DNA of 64,000 bases from Escherichia phage LHE83. Under the pieces are notes generated by a model. It saw only the letters and a program-made list of their open reading frames with translations, ran no database searches and had not been told where the DNA came from. The position numbers were made by a program, and so were the translations under genes. Of the stretch, positions 46,064 through 54,540 are shown one piece after another. Every line of letters starts with the position of its first letter. Positions within the stretch are counted from its first letter, which is position 1. The stretch lies in sequence record OQ561750, one strand, 5' to 3'.

Positions 46064-47074
46064 ATGACTCGTACTGAATACATTAATGCCTTTACTACGT
46101 ATATCACTGCCAACACCCCTCCGTTAACCCCATACGAGGTAATAGTTTCTAATATCAATAAATGGGTCGACCAAATTGATGATGCATTATCGCGCTGTTT
46201 CAAAGCTGAAATCGAAAAGATTGCAGGCCGTTTGTGCATTCATGATATCATTAAAACATTTAAAGGTTCTCGACTGCTTTCGCGCCTGGTCAATAAGGAC
46301 ATCCTTTCTGAGTTCGGTAAAGAGAAATATCCAGGTTCCAACCGTGTTGTTAGCTACAAATGGTTTGGTGATACCATAAAAGGTTATATCAAAATTAAAG
46401 GTATGGACCCTAATAGTTTATTTCCGCAACGTTGGGTTAGCGAATTCAAGGCTAACTCTGCATTAATTCTCAAAGCGGCCTCTAAAACTATAGTTTCCGG
46501 TGATTGTCGTACTATTCACCCGATGGCTAATTGCATGATTAAAACAAATAGTTATAAAGGAAAAGCTATTATTTCTGTTATTTGGTCACCTAATAGGAAA
46601 CCTAAAGATGATGCGGAAGTTGTAAAGTATCAAGATATTGCTTACGATACCTTGAATACTATCGAACAAGCTTTAGCTCTGATGGATACCGTAGAGAAAT
46701 ATGAGACCCAAGAAGTTAAACACCACTTAGGCTGGAAAGGATATGAGGTCTTAGTAACAGTCCGTGAAATCAAATGTACCGTTCCAAAAACTGATGCTGA
46801 AATTTACAAAGAAAAATGTGAGGAAATTGTGAACACTGATAAAGAGCCTGCTACATTAGAAGATTTGATTAACGACTTGAACAGCCCTATCATGGCCCCT
46901 ACACCAATTACTAAATCCAAGTTACCGGAAGTCGTTGCCTTGGAAAAAGCGTATAAAGACGCCCTTGCTATCAACAAAAAACTGACTGGCCAATATACTG
47001 CTGCCAAGAAACTTTGGGAAGAGTCTACCAATCGTTTAGACCGTCTTGAACAGGCTCTGGAGCTGCTGAAATGA
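46064..47074 (+). CDS. Hypothetical protein (336 aa)
   Basis: ATG after GAGGAGAA SD; C-terminal coiled coil. Confidence 0.5.
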   Translation: MTRTEYINAFTTYITANTPPLTPYEVIVSNINKWVDQIDDALSRCFKAEIEKIAGRLCIHDIIKTFKGSRLLSRLVNKDILSEFGKEKYPGSNRVVSYKWFGDTIKGYIKIKGMDPNSLFPQRWVSEFKANSALILKAASKTIVSGDCRTIHPMANCMIKTNSYKGKAIISVIWSPNRKPKDDAEVVKYQDIAYDTLNTIEQALALMDTVEKYETQEVKHHLGWKGYEVLVTVREIKCTVPKTDAEIYKEKCEEIVNTDKEPATLEDLINDLNSPIMAPTPITKSKLPEVVALEKAYKDALAINKKLTGQYTAAKKLWEESTNRLDRLEQALELLK

Positions 47075-47382
47075 AACAACGTTTAGCTGAAGATATTGCT
47101 TCAGCATCTAATACTGGTTTATTGAAATTTATTAAAGCCGCGGATGTTGAAGTTGAATTGGTTGGTAAAATTCATGGTTGTGATGATTATGATGATGCCG
47201 TTAATTGGGATGCTGTAATGGCTATGGTCGCACGACGAGAACAAGCTTCTAAGAATGTTCCTAACTGTCCTAAGTGCGGCACAGAACAGGTTCAATTGGT
47301 CCATTGGCAGACTAGTAATCTTCGTTACAAATGCCGCCATTGTAAACATAAATTTGAGCGAGAAGAAAATGGCAAAGCGTAA
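47071..47382 (+). CDS. Small zinc-ribbon protein (103 aa)
   Basis: CPKCG ... CRHCKH four-Cys pattern. Confidence 0.45.
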   Translation: MKQRLAEDIASASNTGLLKFIKAADVEVELVGKIHGCDDYDDAVNWDAVMAMVARREQASKNVPNCPKCGTEQVQLVHWQTSNLRYKCRHCKHKFEREENGKA

Positions 47383-47605
47383 AGAATATGTAGAGGCTGC
47401 CGATAAGGCAGTCCGCGAACTTACTTTAGCTTATTATAAAGAGCATGGTAAATTTCCGGACAGTTATTCAGTATTGAAATCTGCTTTAACTCGCTCGTAT
47501 AATAATATACTATCTGATGTGTATAATTTAAAATATGAGCACATGGAAAAATATGGAACAGAACTTGACCGTTCTGAAGCATTCAAACAAATATTAGGAA
47601 TTTAA
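47369..47605 (+). CDS. Hypothetical protein (78 aa)
   Basis: Internal ATG overlapping upstream stop. Confidence 0.4.
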   Translation: MAKRKEYVEAADKAVRELTLAYYKEHGKFPDSYSVLKSALTRSYNNILSDVYNLKYEHMEKYGTELDRSEAFKQILGI

Positions 47606-47606
47606 A

Positions 47607-47870
47607 ATGTTTAAAGTTTATGGTTATGATTCAAATATTCACCGTTGTGTTTTCTGTGATAATGCCAAACGTCTGCTTGATGTTAAGAAACAACCTTACG
47701 AATTCATTAACGTGATGCCGGAAAAAGGCGTATTTGATGATGAGAAGATTGCTCAACTCCTGGCTGCGCTTGGTCGCGAATCTCAAATCGGTTTGACCAT
47801 GCCGCAAGTATTTGCCCCTGATGGAAGTCATATCGGTGGCTTTGACCAACTGCGAGCGTATTTCAAATGA
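47607..47870 (+). CDS. nrdC: Thioredoxin/glutaredoxin NrdC
   Basis: 87 aa; MFKVYGYDSNIHRCVFCDNAKRLL...TMPQVFAPDGSHIGGFDQL, near-identical pattern to T4 NrdC with CxxC active site. Confidence 0.85.
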   Translation: MFKVYGYDSNIHRCVFCDNAKRLLDVKKQPYEFINVMPEKGVFDDEKIAQLLAALGRESQIGLTMPQVFAPDGSHIGGFDQLRAYFK

Positions 47871-48028
47871 TTGAATTAATGTTGGTTGTTTTGTATCTTA
47901 TCATCGGTATTGGTTATGCTAAGACCCTAGCTAAATTAGATGATTCAGGTGACTTTTGTTGGTGGTTGACGTCTATGATTTGTTGGCCTTTATTTCTGGT
48001 TGGTGCTTCATTCTGGAACTTCAAATGA
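47867..48028 (+). CDS. Unannotated small membrane protein (53 aa, MIELMLVVLYLIIGIGYAK...)
   Basis: Below ORF-track cutoff; ATGA overlaps nrdC stop and next gene start; hydrophobic. Confidence 0.4.
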   Translation: MIELMLVVLYLIIGIGYAKTLAKLDDSGDFCWWLTSMICWPLFLVGASFWNFK

Positions 48029-48333
48029 TTGAATTAAACGAACAAACCATTTTTCTAGGTGATGGTACCGAAGATGACCTGGAATATAAACTATACGAAT
48101 ATATGGTTTGGTTGGCTAAAGCAGAAGGTATAGACTTTGCTGTAGCCCATCCATATGGCGAGAACACTGTTGTAATCGGCGGCACCGCTTACGAAGTCCA
48201 ATGGCAATACGTTGGCCTTGAATCTGAAGAATTTGAAGAAGATGAACACGGTGATTGGCATCCAGTCGGTCCTTGGTACTGGGAACACGGTGAACCTGAT
48301 TTTGAAGTAAGTAGTTGGTGGTGTGACCGTTAA
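48025..48333 (+). CDS. Hypothetical acidic protein (102 aa)
   Basis: Starts MIELNEQ, same 16-nt start sequence as 47867 ORF. Confidence 0.45.
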   Translation: MIELNEQTIFLGDGTEDDLEYKLYEYMVWLAKAEGIDFAVAHPYGENTVVIGGTAYEVQWQYVGLESEEFEEDEHGDWHPVGPWYWEHGEPDFEVSSWWCDR

Positions 48334-48440
48334 GCCATGGTATGTCGCTCGGTGGGATACGATAGAACCTACCGAGCCAGAGGAACCCGTTTACAACGAT
48401 TCCGAAATAGAGTATAATGAACCTTCAAACAATGATTTAA

Positions 48441-48650
48441 TTGATATGGAATATGGGTTTTACTATGAAAACTGAACTGATTTATACTGAAAAGTTAAAT
48501 GGCGGTAAAGTCTGGAAACTTCTTATTAAAGGAAGTCCTACTGATCAGTTTATGGCCACTTGTGTAGGGTTATACACCCGTCCTACTAAAAAGATGATTC
48601 GTCAATTTAAACGGTTGCATCGCTCGTTTTATAGTACATTTGAAAAATAA
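48441..48650 (+). CDS. Hypothetical basic protein (69 aa)
   Basis: ORF only; start uncertain. Confidence 0.3.
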   Translation: MIWNMGFTMKTELIYTEKLNGGKVWKLLIKGSPTDQFMATCVGLYTRPTKKMIRQFKRLHRSFYSTFEK

Positions 48651-48685
48651 TAAATACCCTTATCTAATAATGGTAAGGGTTTATT

Positions 48686-49159
48686 ATGTTGTTGACCGGC
48701 AAATTATACAAAGAAGAAAAACAAAAACTTTATGATGCACAATGTGGTAAGTGTTTGATTTGTAAACGTGAATTAAACCCTGATGTTCAAAGTAACCACC
48801 TTGACCACGACCATGAATTGAACGGGCCAAAAGCCGGTAAGGTTCGTGGTTTACTATGTAATCTGTGCAATGCTGCAGAAGGACAAATGAAGCATAAGTT
48901 CAACCGTTCTGGTCTTAAAGGTCAAAACGTTGACTACCTCGAATGGTTAGAGAATTTGCTGGTCTATCTGAAAGCTGATTATACTGAAAACAATATCCAT
49001 CCTAATTTCGTTCCTGATAAAACCAAAGAGTTCAGCAGGTTAGGTAAGGAAGAAATGATTGCTGAAATGCTTTCACATGGAATGACTTATAATGAATCTG
49101 ACACTAAGAAACAAATGGTCGATTCATTTAAAAAACAACTGAGGAAATCGCTTAAATGA
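48686..49159 (+). CDS. 49: Recombination endonuclease VII (Holliday junction resolvase)
   Basis: 157 aa (same as T4 gp49); CGKCLIC zinc motif and HLDHDHELNG catalytic H-N-H-like segment. Confidence 0.85.
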   Translation: MLLTGKLYKEEKQKLYDAQCGKCLICKRELNPDVQSNHLDHDHELNGPKAGKVRGLLCNLCNAAEGQMKHKFNRSGLKGQNVDYLEWLENLLVYLKADYTENNIHPNFVPDKTKEFSRLGKEEMIAEMLSHGMTYNESDTKKQMVDSFKKQLRKSLK

Positions 49160-49253
49160 TTAATTTTTATGCCTTAACCGAATCCATGAATGATATTATC
49201 CGGCGCATGGGTGTTGAGTATCCTGCTCAATGGTTATTTGTTGTAACTAATAC

Positions 49254-49481
49254 GTGGACTATCGTATGAACAAATTTCGTAATGCTGTCTCTGATATCCT
49301 GGCCAATATTACATTTGTCTTGTTTATCGTGTGCCTTTTAATCCTGGTCGTCCCATTTGGATTGCTGTTTATGATTATTGGTGCCCTGAGTACTGAAAAA
49401 GGTCTTGAAGGGTCTGAGTTCGAAAAACGAATCCAGTCTGTCCATGGTGTTATTTCTAAAATGATGAAGGTGAAAGAATGA
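49254..49481 (+). CDS. Small membrane protein (75 aa)
   Basis: TM helix ITFVLFIVCLLILVVPFGLLFMIIGAL. Confidence 0.4.
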   Translation: MDYRMNKFRNAVSDILANITFVLFIVCLLILVVPFGLLFMIIGALSTEKGLEGSEFEKRIQSVHGVISKMMKVKE

Positions 49482-49774
49482 AACGTTTTGAAGAATATGT
49501 AGCTACTAATTGGACCGCATGGGACAAATTCGGTGATGATTGGTACTTCCATGACTGTGACCTGAACCCGGAATTCTTTAAAGATAAGGAAGAAGACCTT
49601 AAAGACATCTATGTCCTGTCAGAGATTCATGGTATTAAACCGACTGTCTACTTCTCTTTTGATGACACCGGGTTCCTTATCCAGATTTACGTCCCGTATG
49701 GAACTAATGAGGACGAAGTTCTAAAAACCTGGGACTACCAAGGAGTTATTTCCTGTGGACCAAAAGTTAACTAA
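49478..49774 (+). CDS. Hypothetical acidic protein (98 aa)
   Basis: ATGA overlap. Confidence 0.4.
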   Translation: MKRFEEYVATNWTAWDKFGDDWYFHDCDLNPEFFKDKEEDLKDIYVLSEIHGIKPTVYFSFDDTGFLIQIYVPYGTNEDEVLKTWDYQGVISCGPKVN

Positions 49775-50072
49775 AATTGAGATTTACGGTATCCCTGAGA
49801 CAGTCATGCGCTGTCCAGGGTGCATTGCTGTTCTATCGCTCCTAAATTCCCTTTCTATCCCACATACTTTCTATCCTGTGATTAATCAGACGCCGTCAGG
49901 CGCAGTATATGACAAGCCTCTTATAGTATCATTGGCCAAACGTGCAGGCTTCAAGAGCTTAGCGATACGCTATCCTGTCATATTTGTCGATAATAAGAAA
50001 ATAGAAAATATTCCTGCCTTCAAATCGCTTTTGATTGAACTTGGTTATGACCGAGATTTAATTGAAGATTAG
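49755..50072 (+). CDS. Glutaredoxin/NrdH-like redoxin (CPGC motif)
   Basis: IEIYGIPETVMRCPGC thioredoxin-fold start. Confidence 0.45.
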   Translation: MDQKLTKIEIYGIPETVMRCPGCIAVLSLLNSLSIPHTFYPVINQTPSGAVYDKPLIVSLAKRAGFKSLAIRYPVIFVDNKKIENIPAFKSLLIELGYDRDLIED

Positions 50073-50073
50073 T

Positions 50074-50102
50074 ATTTACTTCCTCTCCTCACGTGTTATA
50101 GT
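50074..50102 (+). promoter_or_regulatory. Early promoter candidate (ATTTAC-N17-TATAGT) within inverted repeat CTCACGTGTT/AACACATGAG
   Basis: Hexamers and hairpin whose 3-prime arm carries SD GAGGAG. Confidence 0.45.
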
Positions 50103-50131
50103 CTATCCTATCAACACATGAGGAGAACATT

Positions 50132-50314
50132 ATGACTATCCAAGATAAAGAAATTAAAGCCGACCAGTATTATTCAGTAAATGGCTACCCTGTTCAAATA
50201 ACAAAGGTAACAAATCTCGATGTATGGTATCAACCTTTGACTCACCCTGATGCTCCATTGATGGTGTGCGACCGTCCTTTATTTTGTTCAGTAGCTAAGG
50301 AAATTAAATCATGA
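50132..50314 (+). CDS. Hypothetical protein (60 aa)
   Basis: ORF with GAGGAGAA SD. Confidence 0.4.
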   Translation: MTIQDKEIKADQYYSVNGYPVQITKVTNLDVWYQPLTHPDAPLMVCDRPLFCSVAKEIKS

Positions 50315-50565
50315 GCCTGAAATTACATTCAATGAAAAATGTCGTCACCCTTAATCTGGATGATGAGCGCCTGATTTTTCTCACCGTCACTGATAAGAAT
50401 ATTGAAATCGCCAACGGCCCGAAAACTTATTGCTGTCCTGTTAAGAATTGGAAACGTGTATCATTTCTTACTCTGACCGAACGCCTGAAAGATATTAAGT
50501 TAGATTTGGATGTCAAAGATGTCCAATACATTAAAAATCTTATTGGATACAAACTGCTGAGGTAA
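50311..50565 (+). CDS. Hypothetical protein (84 aa)
   Basis: ATGA overlap. Confidence 0.4.
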   Translation: MSLKLHSMKNVVTLNLDDERLIFLTVTDKNIEIANGPKTYCCPVKNWKRVSFLTLTERLKDIKLDLDVKDVQYIKNLIGYKLLR

Positions 50566-50567
50566 CT

Positions 50568-50861
50568 ATGGGTAAAACTATTCGTCGTAAAGAATTGTCT
50601 GTAAAAGATTTTTATTATTCCGGACGTCGTAAAGCACCGGACGGCGTAAGTCAGGAACTGGTTGAAGAAAATATCTTCCGTTCTGACAAGTGGAAACGTA
50701 TGCGCGGTGTTGATTCTGAAGTTAAGAACGAAATGAACCGCCAGCTTCGTAAAGAAGTGAGAAAGCTGAAAAAAGATGTTTACAATGACGATGAACCTGA
50801 TTACAATACTTCTCATCGAGTTGCAAAACGTAAATCAAACGAATGTTATCGTTATAGCTGA
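50568..50861 (+). CDS. Hypothetical basic protein (97 aa)
   Basis: Lys/Arg-rich ORF. Confidence 0.4.
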   Translation: MGKTIRRKELSVKDFYYSGRRKAPDGVSQELVEENIFRSDKWKRMRGVDSEVKNEMNRQLRKEVRKLKKDVYNDDEPDYNTSHRVAKRKSNECYRYS

Positions 50862-50868
50862 GGAAAAT

Positions 50869-51000
50869 ATGAATATCAAACGAATGCTTTTTAAGCAAGG
50901 ACTATACACTTTAAATGTTAGTCCAAAGGGCGATACAACCACGTGGTCAGTAAATGACTGGATTAAATTCATTGATAAACACGGAAACTGGAAAATTTAA
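50869..51000 (+). CDS. Hypothetical small protein (43 aa)
   Basis: Internal ATG with GAGGAAAA SD; the longer upstream reading would overlap previous gene. Confidence 0.35.
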   Translation: MNIKRMLFKQGLYTLNVSPKGDTTTWSVNDWIKFIDKHGNWKI

Positions 51001-51201
51001 ATGAATCCTGAATCTAAATTATCACAGCGAATTGCTGAAGCTCGTCGTCAGTTCTTTGAAAATATGATAGCCCAAGGTATTGATGACGAAGTTTTTCTGA
51101 ACTGGTTTTGGAACCACAAATATTCAAGTTGTTCAGGCGCTTTATTAATTTCAGCTGCATCTATGTACGAAGGCTGGAAAGGTGCAATGAGTCAAAAATA
51201 G
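51001..51201 (+). CDS. Hypothetical protein (66 aa)
   Basis: TAAATG junction. Confidence 0.4.
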   Translation: MNPESKLSQRIAEARRQFFENMIAQGIDDEVFLNWFWNHKYSSCSGALLISAASMYEGWKGAMSQK

Positions 51202-51230
51202 TTTACAAACTCTTGGGACCAGAGTATAAT
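51201..51230 (+). promoter_or_regulatory. Early promoter (GTTTAC-N18-TATAAT), -10 inside GGGACC/GGTCC inverted repeat
   Basis: Consensus hexamers seen. Confidence 0.55.
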
Positions 51231-51268
51231 GGTCCTACGGATTATAAATTTTAACTGAGGAAATTATT

Positions 51269-51598
51269 ATGTCACAAGCTATTAAAAACGTACTGAACTC
51301 TTTCGCTTTCGATAAAGTAAACGAACTGATGAAAACTGGTTTTGTAACTCCTCAGGTTCTTGACCAATGGGTTGCTGAACTGTTACCTATCATGCACTCT
51401 AAAGACCAGAAAATTGGTAAGAATGGTATTCGTGAAATCCTGGTTCAATATATCCTTGATGAATTCGATGTCGCTGCCTTTGGTGTCGAATCCAAAGCTT
51501 GGCACCCAGGTGAAATCACGGATAAAACTATCCGTCGTATGAAAAACCAACGTAAGAAAAAATTCGTTGACCTGAAAATTGTTAAGGCAGCGAAATGA
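51269..51598 (+). CDS. Hypothetical protein (109 aa), N-terminus MSQAIKN
   Basis: Shares leader and first codons with gene at 44074. Confidence 0.45.
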   Translation: MSQAIKNVLNSFAFDKVNELMKTGFVTPQVLDQWVAELLPIMHSKDQKIGKNGIREILVQYILDEFDVAAFGVESKAWHPGEITDKTIRRMKNQRKKKFVDLKIVKAAK

Positions 51599-51861
51599 TT
51601 AAAATAAAACTCTCTAATTACGATAAAAACTTGGAAATGATTGCTATGAAAGAAGAACTCTTGAATGATGTCCGCTTTACAGGTTATGCAGTTCAATTTA
51701 ATGGTGATGGGACTCTCCAGATTGAGGGTGACCACTTTATCATCGAATACGAATTTAAACAGTATTGGCTGTATGCAAAAGATGAGGTTGGCGGTGTTGA
51801 TTACGTCGACGAGTTCGATAACCTAGATGACGCATTGGAAGGAGCTCGATTCCTACAATGA
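51595..51861 (+). CDS. Hypothetical acidic protein (88 aa)
   Basis: ATGA overlap. Confidence 0.4.
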   Translation: MIKIKLSNYDKNLEMIAMKEELLNDVRFTGYAVQFNGDGTLQIEGDHFIIEYEFKQYWLYAKDEVGGVDYVDEFDNLDDALEGARFLQ

Positions 51862-52121
51862 AACCCATATCCACCACCCTCGCCTACGAAGGTCTCGGAT
51901 TTTTCTTAATAGATAACCGTATGGATGTTGAGTTTGTTTGTGGTGAGACTTCTTTAGTATGGAAGTCTCATATTTCCAAATACAACCATCGCGAATATCC
52001 AGGTCTTTTTAAAGAATTTTGTGGATATATGTCTGAACATGGATGTACTGATACAATTTCTTATTCCGAGTTCACACAAATCCTTGAAACCGTATTTCAG
52101 GCTTATTGCTTACTCCGTTGA
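51858..52121 (+). CDS. Hypothetical protein (87 aa)
   Basis: ATGA overlap. Confidence 0.4.
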   Translation: MKPISTTLAYEGLGFFLIDNRMDVEFVCGETSLVWKSHISKYNHREYPGLFKEFCGYMSEHGCTDTISYSEFTQILETVFQAYCLLR

Positions 52122-52178
52122 TGCTTTAAGCCAATTGGTATATAATAGATTCATTATTTAAATTAAAGATTAATCATT

Positions 52179-52874
52179 ATGCACTATTGTTATATGACCA
52201 CTATAAAATCCGAAAATGATACTTATTACTATTTCGGTAAACACACCGGATTTATAGATGACGGGTATGTCGGTAGTGGCAAATTCGTAGAAGATGCTAA
52301 GGCCTCAGGGAAATGCTCTTTTAATATAGAGGCCTTATGTTATTTTGAGACAAGTGAGCTTGCTTTTGAATTTGAAGAGCTTTTGGTAGAAAATGCCATG
52401 TCCGAAATAACTAACTGCGTCAATATGAAACCTGGTGGTATAGGTGGTTATGCTCCTCCGACACCGGAAAGACTTGAAGAACAGTCTAAAGAAGTTACCG
52501 AACGCTGGCAGGACCCTGAATATAAAGAGCGGGTTTCCAACTCTATTAAAAAGTCTTGGGAAAATGAAGAGCATCGAGAAATGATGCGTCGAATCCATAA
52601 AGAGTATAATGCTAATCCTGAAGTTAGAGAGGCCAAAAGTAAAAAGAACAAAGAATATTACTCTATAGAGAATTATTCCAAGTTTGCTAAAAATCCAACA
52701 TATGTATTATATGATGAGTTCCATGAACTTTGGATTAAGGAAGGACGCCCTAGTTATTCTAAATTCTGGCGCAAATGCTGTGAACTATGTTATCCATATA
52801 CGATAAATAATTTTAGACCACTAGTTGATAGGTTTAAGAGGGCTTATGAATCAGGTGAAGTTAACAAAAAATAA
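52179..52874 (+). CDS. GIY-YIG-type homing endonuclease-like protein (Seg-like), paralog of the 22081 gene
   Basis: HYCYMTT...YYYFGKH...YVGSGK...NMKPGGIGG parallels HYTYKITN...IYIGAHS...YFGSGK...NLKLGGEGG of the segB-like gene; basic C-terminus; 3-prime end overlaps gp55 start. Confidence 0.5.
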   Translation: MHYCYMTTIKSENDTYYYFGKHTGFIDDGYVGSGKFVEDAKASGKCSFNIEALCYFETSELAFEFEELLVENAMSEITNCVNMKPGGIGGYAPPTPERLEEQSKEVTERWQDPEYKERVSNSIKKSWENEEHREMMRRIHKEYNANPEVREAKSKKNKEYYSIENYSKFAKNPTYVLYDEFHELWIKEGRPSYSKFWRKCCELCYPYTINNFRPLVDRFKRAYESGEVNKK

Positions 52875-53403
52875 TTATGTAAATAACAAGGAGCTTCTTA
52901 AAGCTATTACAAGTTGGAAGCAGGAATTATATGCTAACACCGACCCTAATAAAATCATTAGACAAAATGATACTATAGGATTGGCTATTATGCTTATAGC
53001 AGAAGGCCTCAGCAAGCGTTTCAACTTCTCAGGATATACCCAATCTTGGCGGCAGGAAATGATAGCTGATGGAATCGAAGCTTCGATTAAAGGTCTTCAC
53101 AATTTCGACGAAACAAAATACGACAACCCACATGCATATATCACTATGGCTTGTTTTAATGCCTTCGTTCAGCGTATCAAAAAAGAACGTAAAGAAATGG
53201 CAAAGAAATATAGCTACTTCGTCCATAATGTCTATGACAGTAATGATGACGACATGGTAGGTATTGCAGATGAAACCTTTATCCAAGATATCTACGACAA
53301 AATGACTCAGTATGAAACCTCTTTAACTAAAGCACCAGGGTCTGATAAGAGTGCCGAACCTAAAGTTGGTGAACTGGATTTTTTATATGGAACATCAGAT
53401 TAA
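52846..53403 (+). CDS. 55: Late-transcription sigma factor gp55
   Basis: 185 aa from internal ATG; [12 protein letters not shown]...[30 protein letters not shown]...[10 protein letters not shown] closely matches T4 gp55. Confidence 0.85.
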   Translation: MNQVKLTKNNYVNNKELLKAITSWKQELYANTDPNKIIRQNDTIGLAIMLIAEGLSKRFNFSGYTQSWRQEMIADGIEASIKGLHNFDETKYDNPHAYITMACFNAFVQRIKKERKEMAKKYSYFVHNVYDSNDDDMVGIADETFIQDIYDKMTQYETSLTKAPGSDKSAEPKVGELDFLYGTSD

Positions 53404-53617
53404 TATCACTCCACTTTTAGATGGAATGGAAGACTTCGAAGCACTCCCTTATTTTATTAAATTGATATTACGGGATGTTAAAGGTCTTCCTATTGATATT
53501 GACCCACTTAACGTCAGGAATATTGAATTCACTTCTCCTGACAATAACGTAGATTATCGTTATCATGTTGAGAACGCTAATTTCTACTTCACTATTGAAT
53601 TGACTCCAAAGGATTAA
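53387..53617 (+). CDS. Hypothetical protein (76 aa)
   Basis: Internal ATG overlapping gp55 3-prime end. Confidence 0.35.
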   Translation: MEHQINITPLLDGMEDFEALPYFIKLILRDVKGLPIDIDPLNVRNIEFTSPDNNVDYRYHVENANFYFTIELTPKD

Positions 53618-53618
53618 T

Positions 53619-53930
53619 ATGCAAAGCCATGACATTTCTCAATTGACTGATGAGCAAATTGAAGAAGCCCAGCAACGTTTAGAAGAGCACAATATTAAAG
53701 AAGCTAATTCTCAAGCGGCTAAGATTCTTAAGAAAAATGCTCGTGAAATCCGTCGTTTAAATCTCCATGCCCAAGGCGCTGTACTTGAAAACAACTTTGA
53801 AGCATATAAGTACGCTTTAATTAAATTACGTGGTATTTACCGTCAACCTGTTACTGATGAACTTGTTCAATTGATGTGGAAATCTACCCGCAAACAAATT
53901 TGGGAAATCGTCAATGGCCCTAGTAAATAA
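53619..53930 (+). CDS. Hypothetical protein (103 aa)
   Basis: ORF 1 nt after previous stop. Confidence 0.4.
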   Translation: MQSHDISQLTDEQIEEAQQRLEEHNIKEANSQAAKILKKNAREIRRLNLHAQGAVLENNFEAYKYALIKLRGIYRQPVTDELVQLMWKSTRKQIWEIVNGPSK

Positions 53931-54114
53931 ACCCTTTAAACGGCTTCTTATTGGAGCCGCCTTTAGACTTCGCTCATACGGTAATATCTGTATTAAGCAG
54001 TCCGAAACCGAATATAAAATGGTCGGCCAGTATTCCGATGGAATTTTTCGGATTGAGCCCGTAGCCAAGGTTTGGGTAGATTCTCATCAACTTAAGAAAT
54101 GGTGGCAACGATGA
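53914..54114 (+). CDS. Hypothetical basic protein (66 aa)
   Basis: Overlapping ORF; weak support. Confidence 0.3.
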   Translation: MALVNKPFKRLLIGAAFRLRSYGNICIKQSETEYKMVGQYSDGIFRIEPVAKVWVDSHQLKKWWQR

Positions 54115-54172
54115 TAACGTGGACAGGCGGCTAATGAAAGACGAATACGAAAAAGTTTAAGAGGTTGTATGA

Positions 54173-54346
54173 ATGACGAATTCGATGGATTTTGATAAGA
54201 TTAAATCTGACAAAAATGAGATGATACTTCAATTTGAAGCCGCTCGTATTAAAGCAGAAAATGAAGGTACTATTACCTATAAGCCTATCAAGTTCAGGTC
54301 TTCTCACGAACCTCTGTACGGTGTATTGGTTGGTAAAGGAGCTTAG
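54173..54346 (+). CDS. Unannotated small protein (57 aa, MTNSMDFDKIKSDKNEMILQF...)
   Basis: Below ORF-track cutoff; AGAGG SD; stop codon embedded in terminator hairpin. Confidence 0.35.
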   Translation: MTNSMDFDKIKSDKNEMILQFEAARIKAENEGTITYKPIKFRSSHEPLYGVLVGKGA

Positions 54347-54357
54347 GCTCCTTTTTT
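54338..54357 (+). terminator. Intrinsic terminator (GGAGC-TTAG-GCTCC + T6)
   Basis: Hairpin plus T-run upstream of gp47. Confidence 0.6.
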
Positions 54358-54540
54358 GCTTTATATTTGGATGATAAAATGAACCAACTGAGGAGAACAT
54401 ATGGAACTACTTTTAGGATATGTCGTGTTATTCATGGCATTCTACACATTCACACGAGCTTGTTGGATAGGATTCTTTTCCACTCCTGACGGGTTCATTT
54501 CAATAATTTTATTTTGCATTGCAATAACGGCGCTTGGCTT

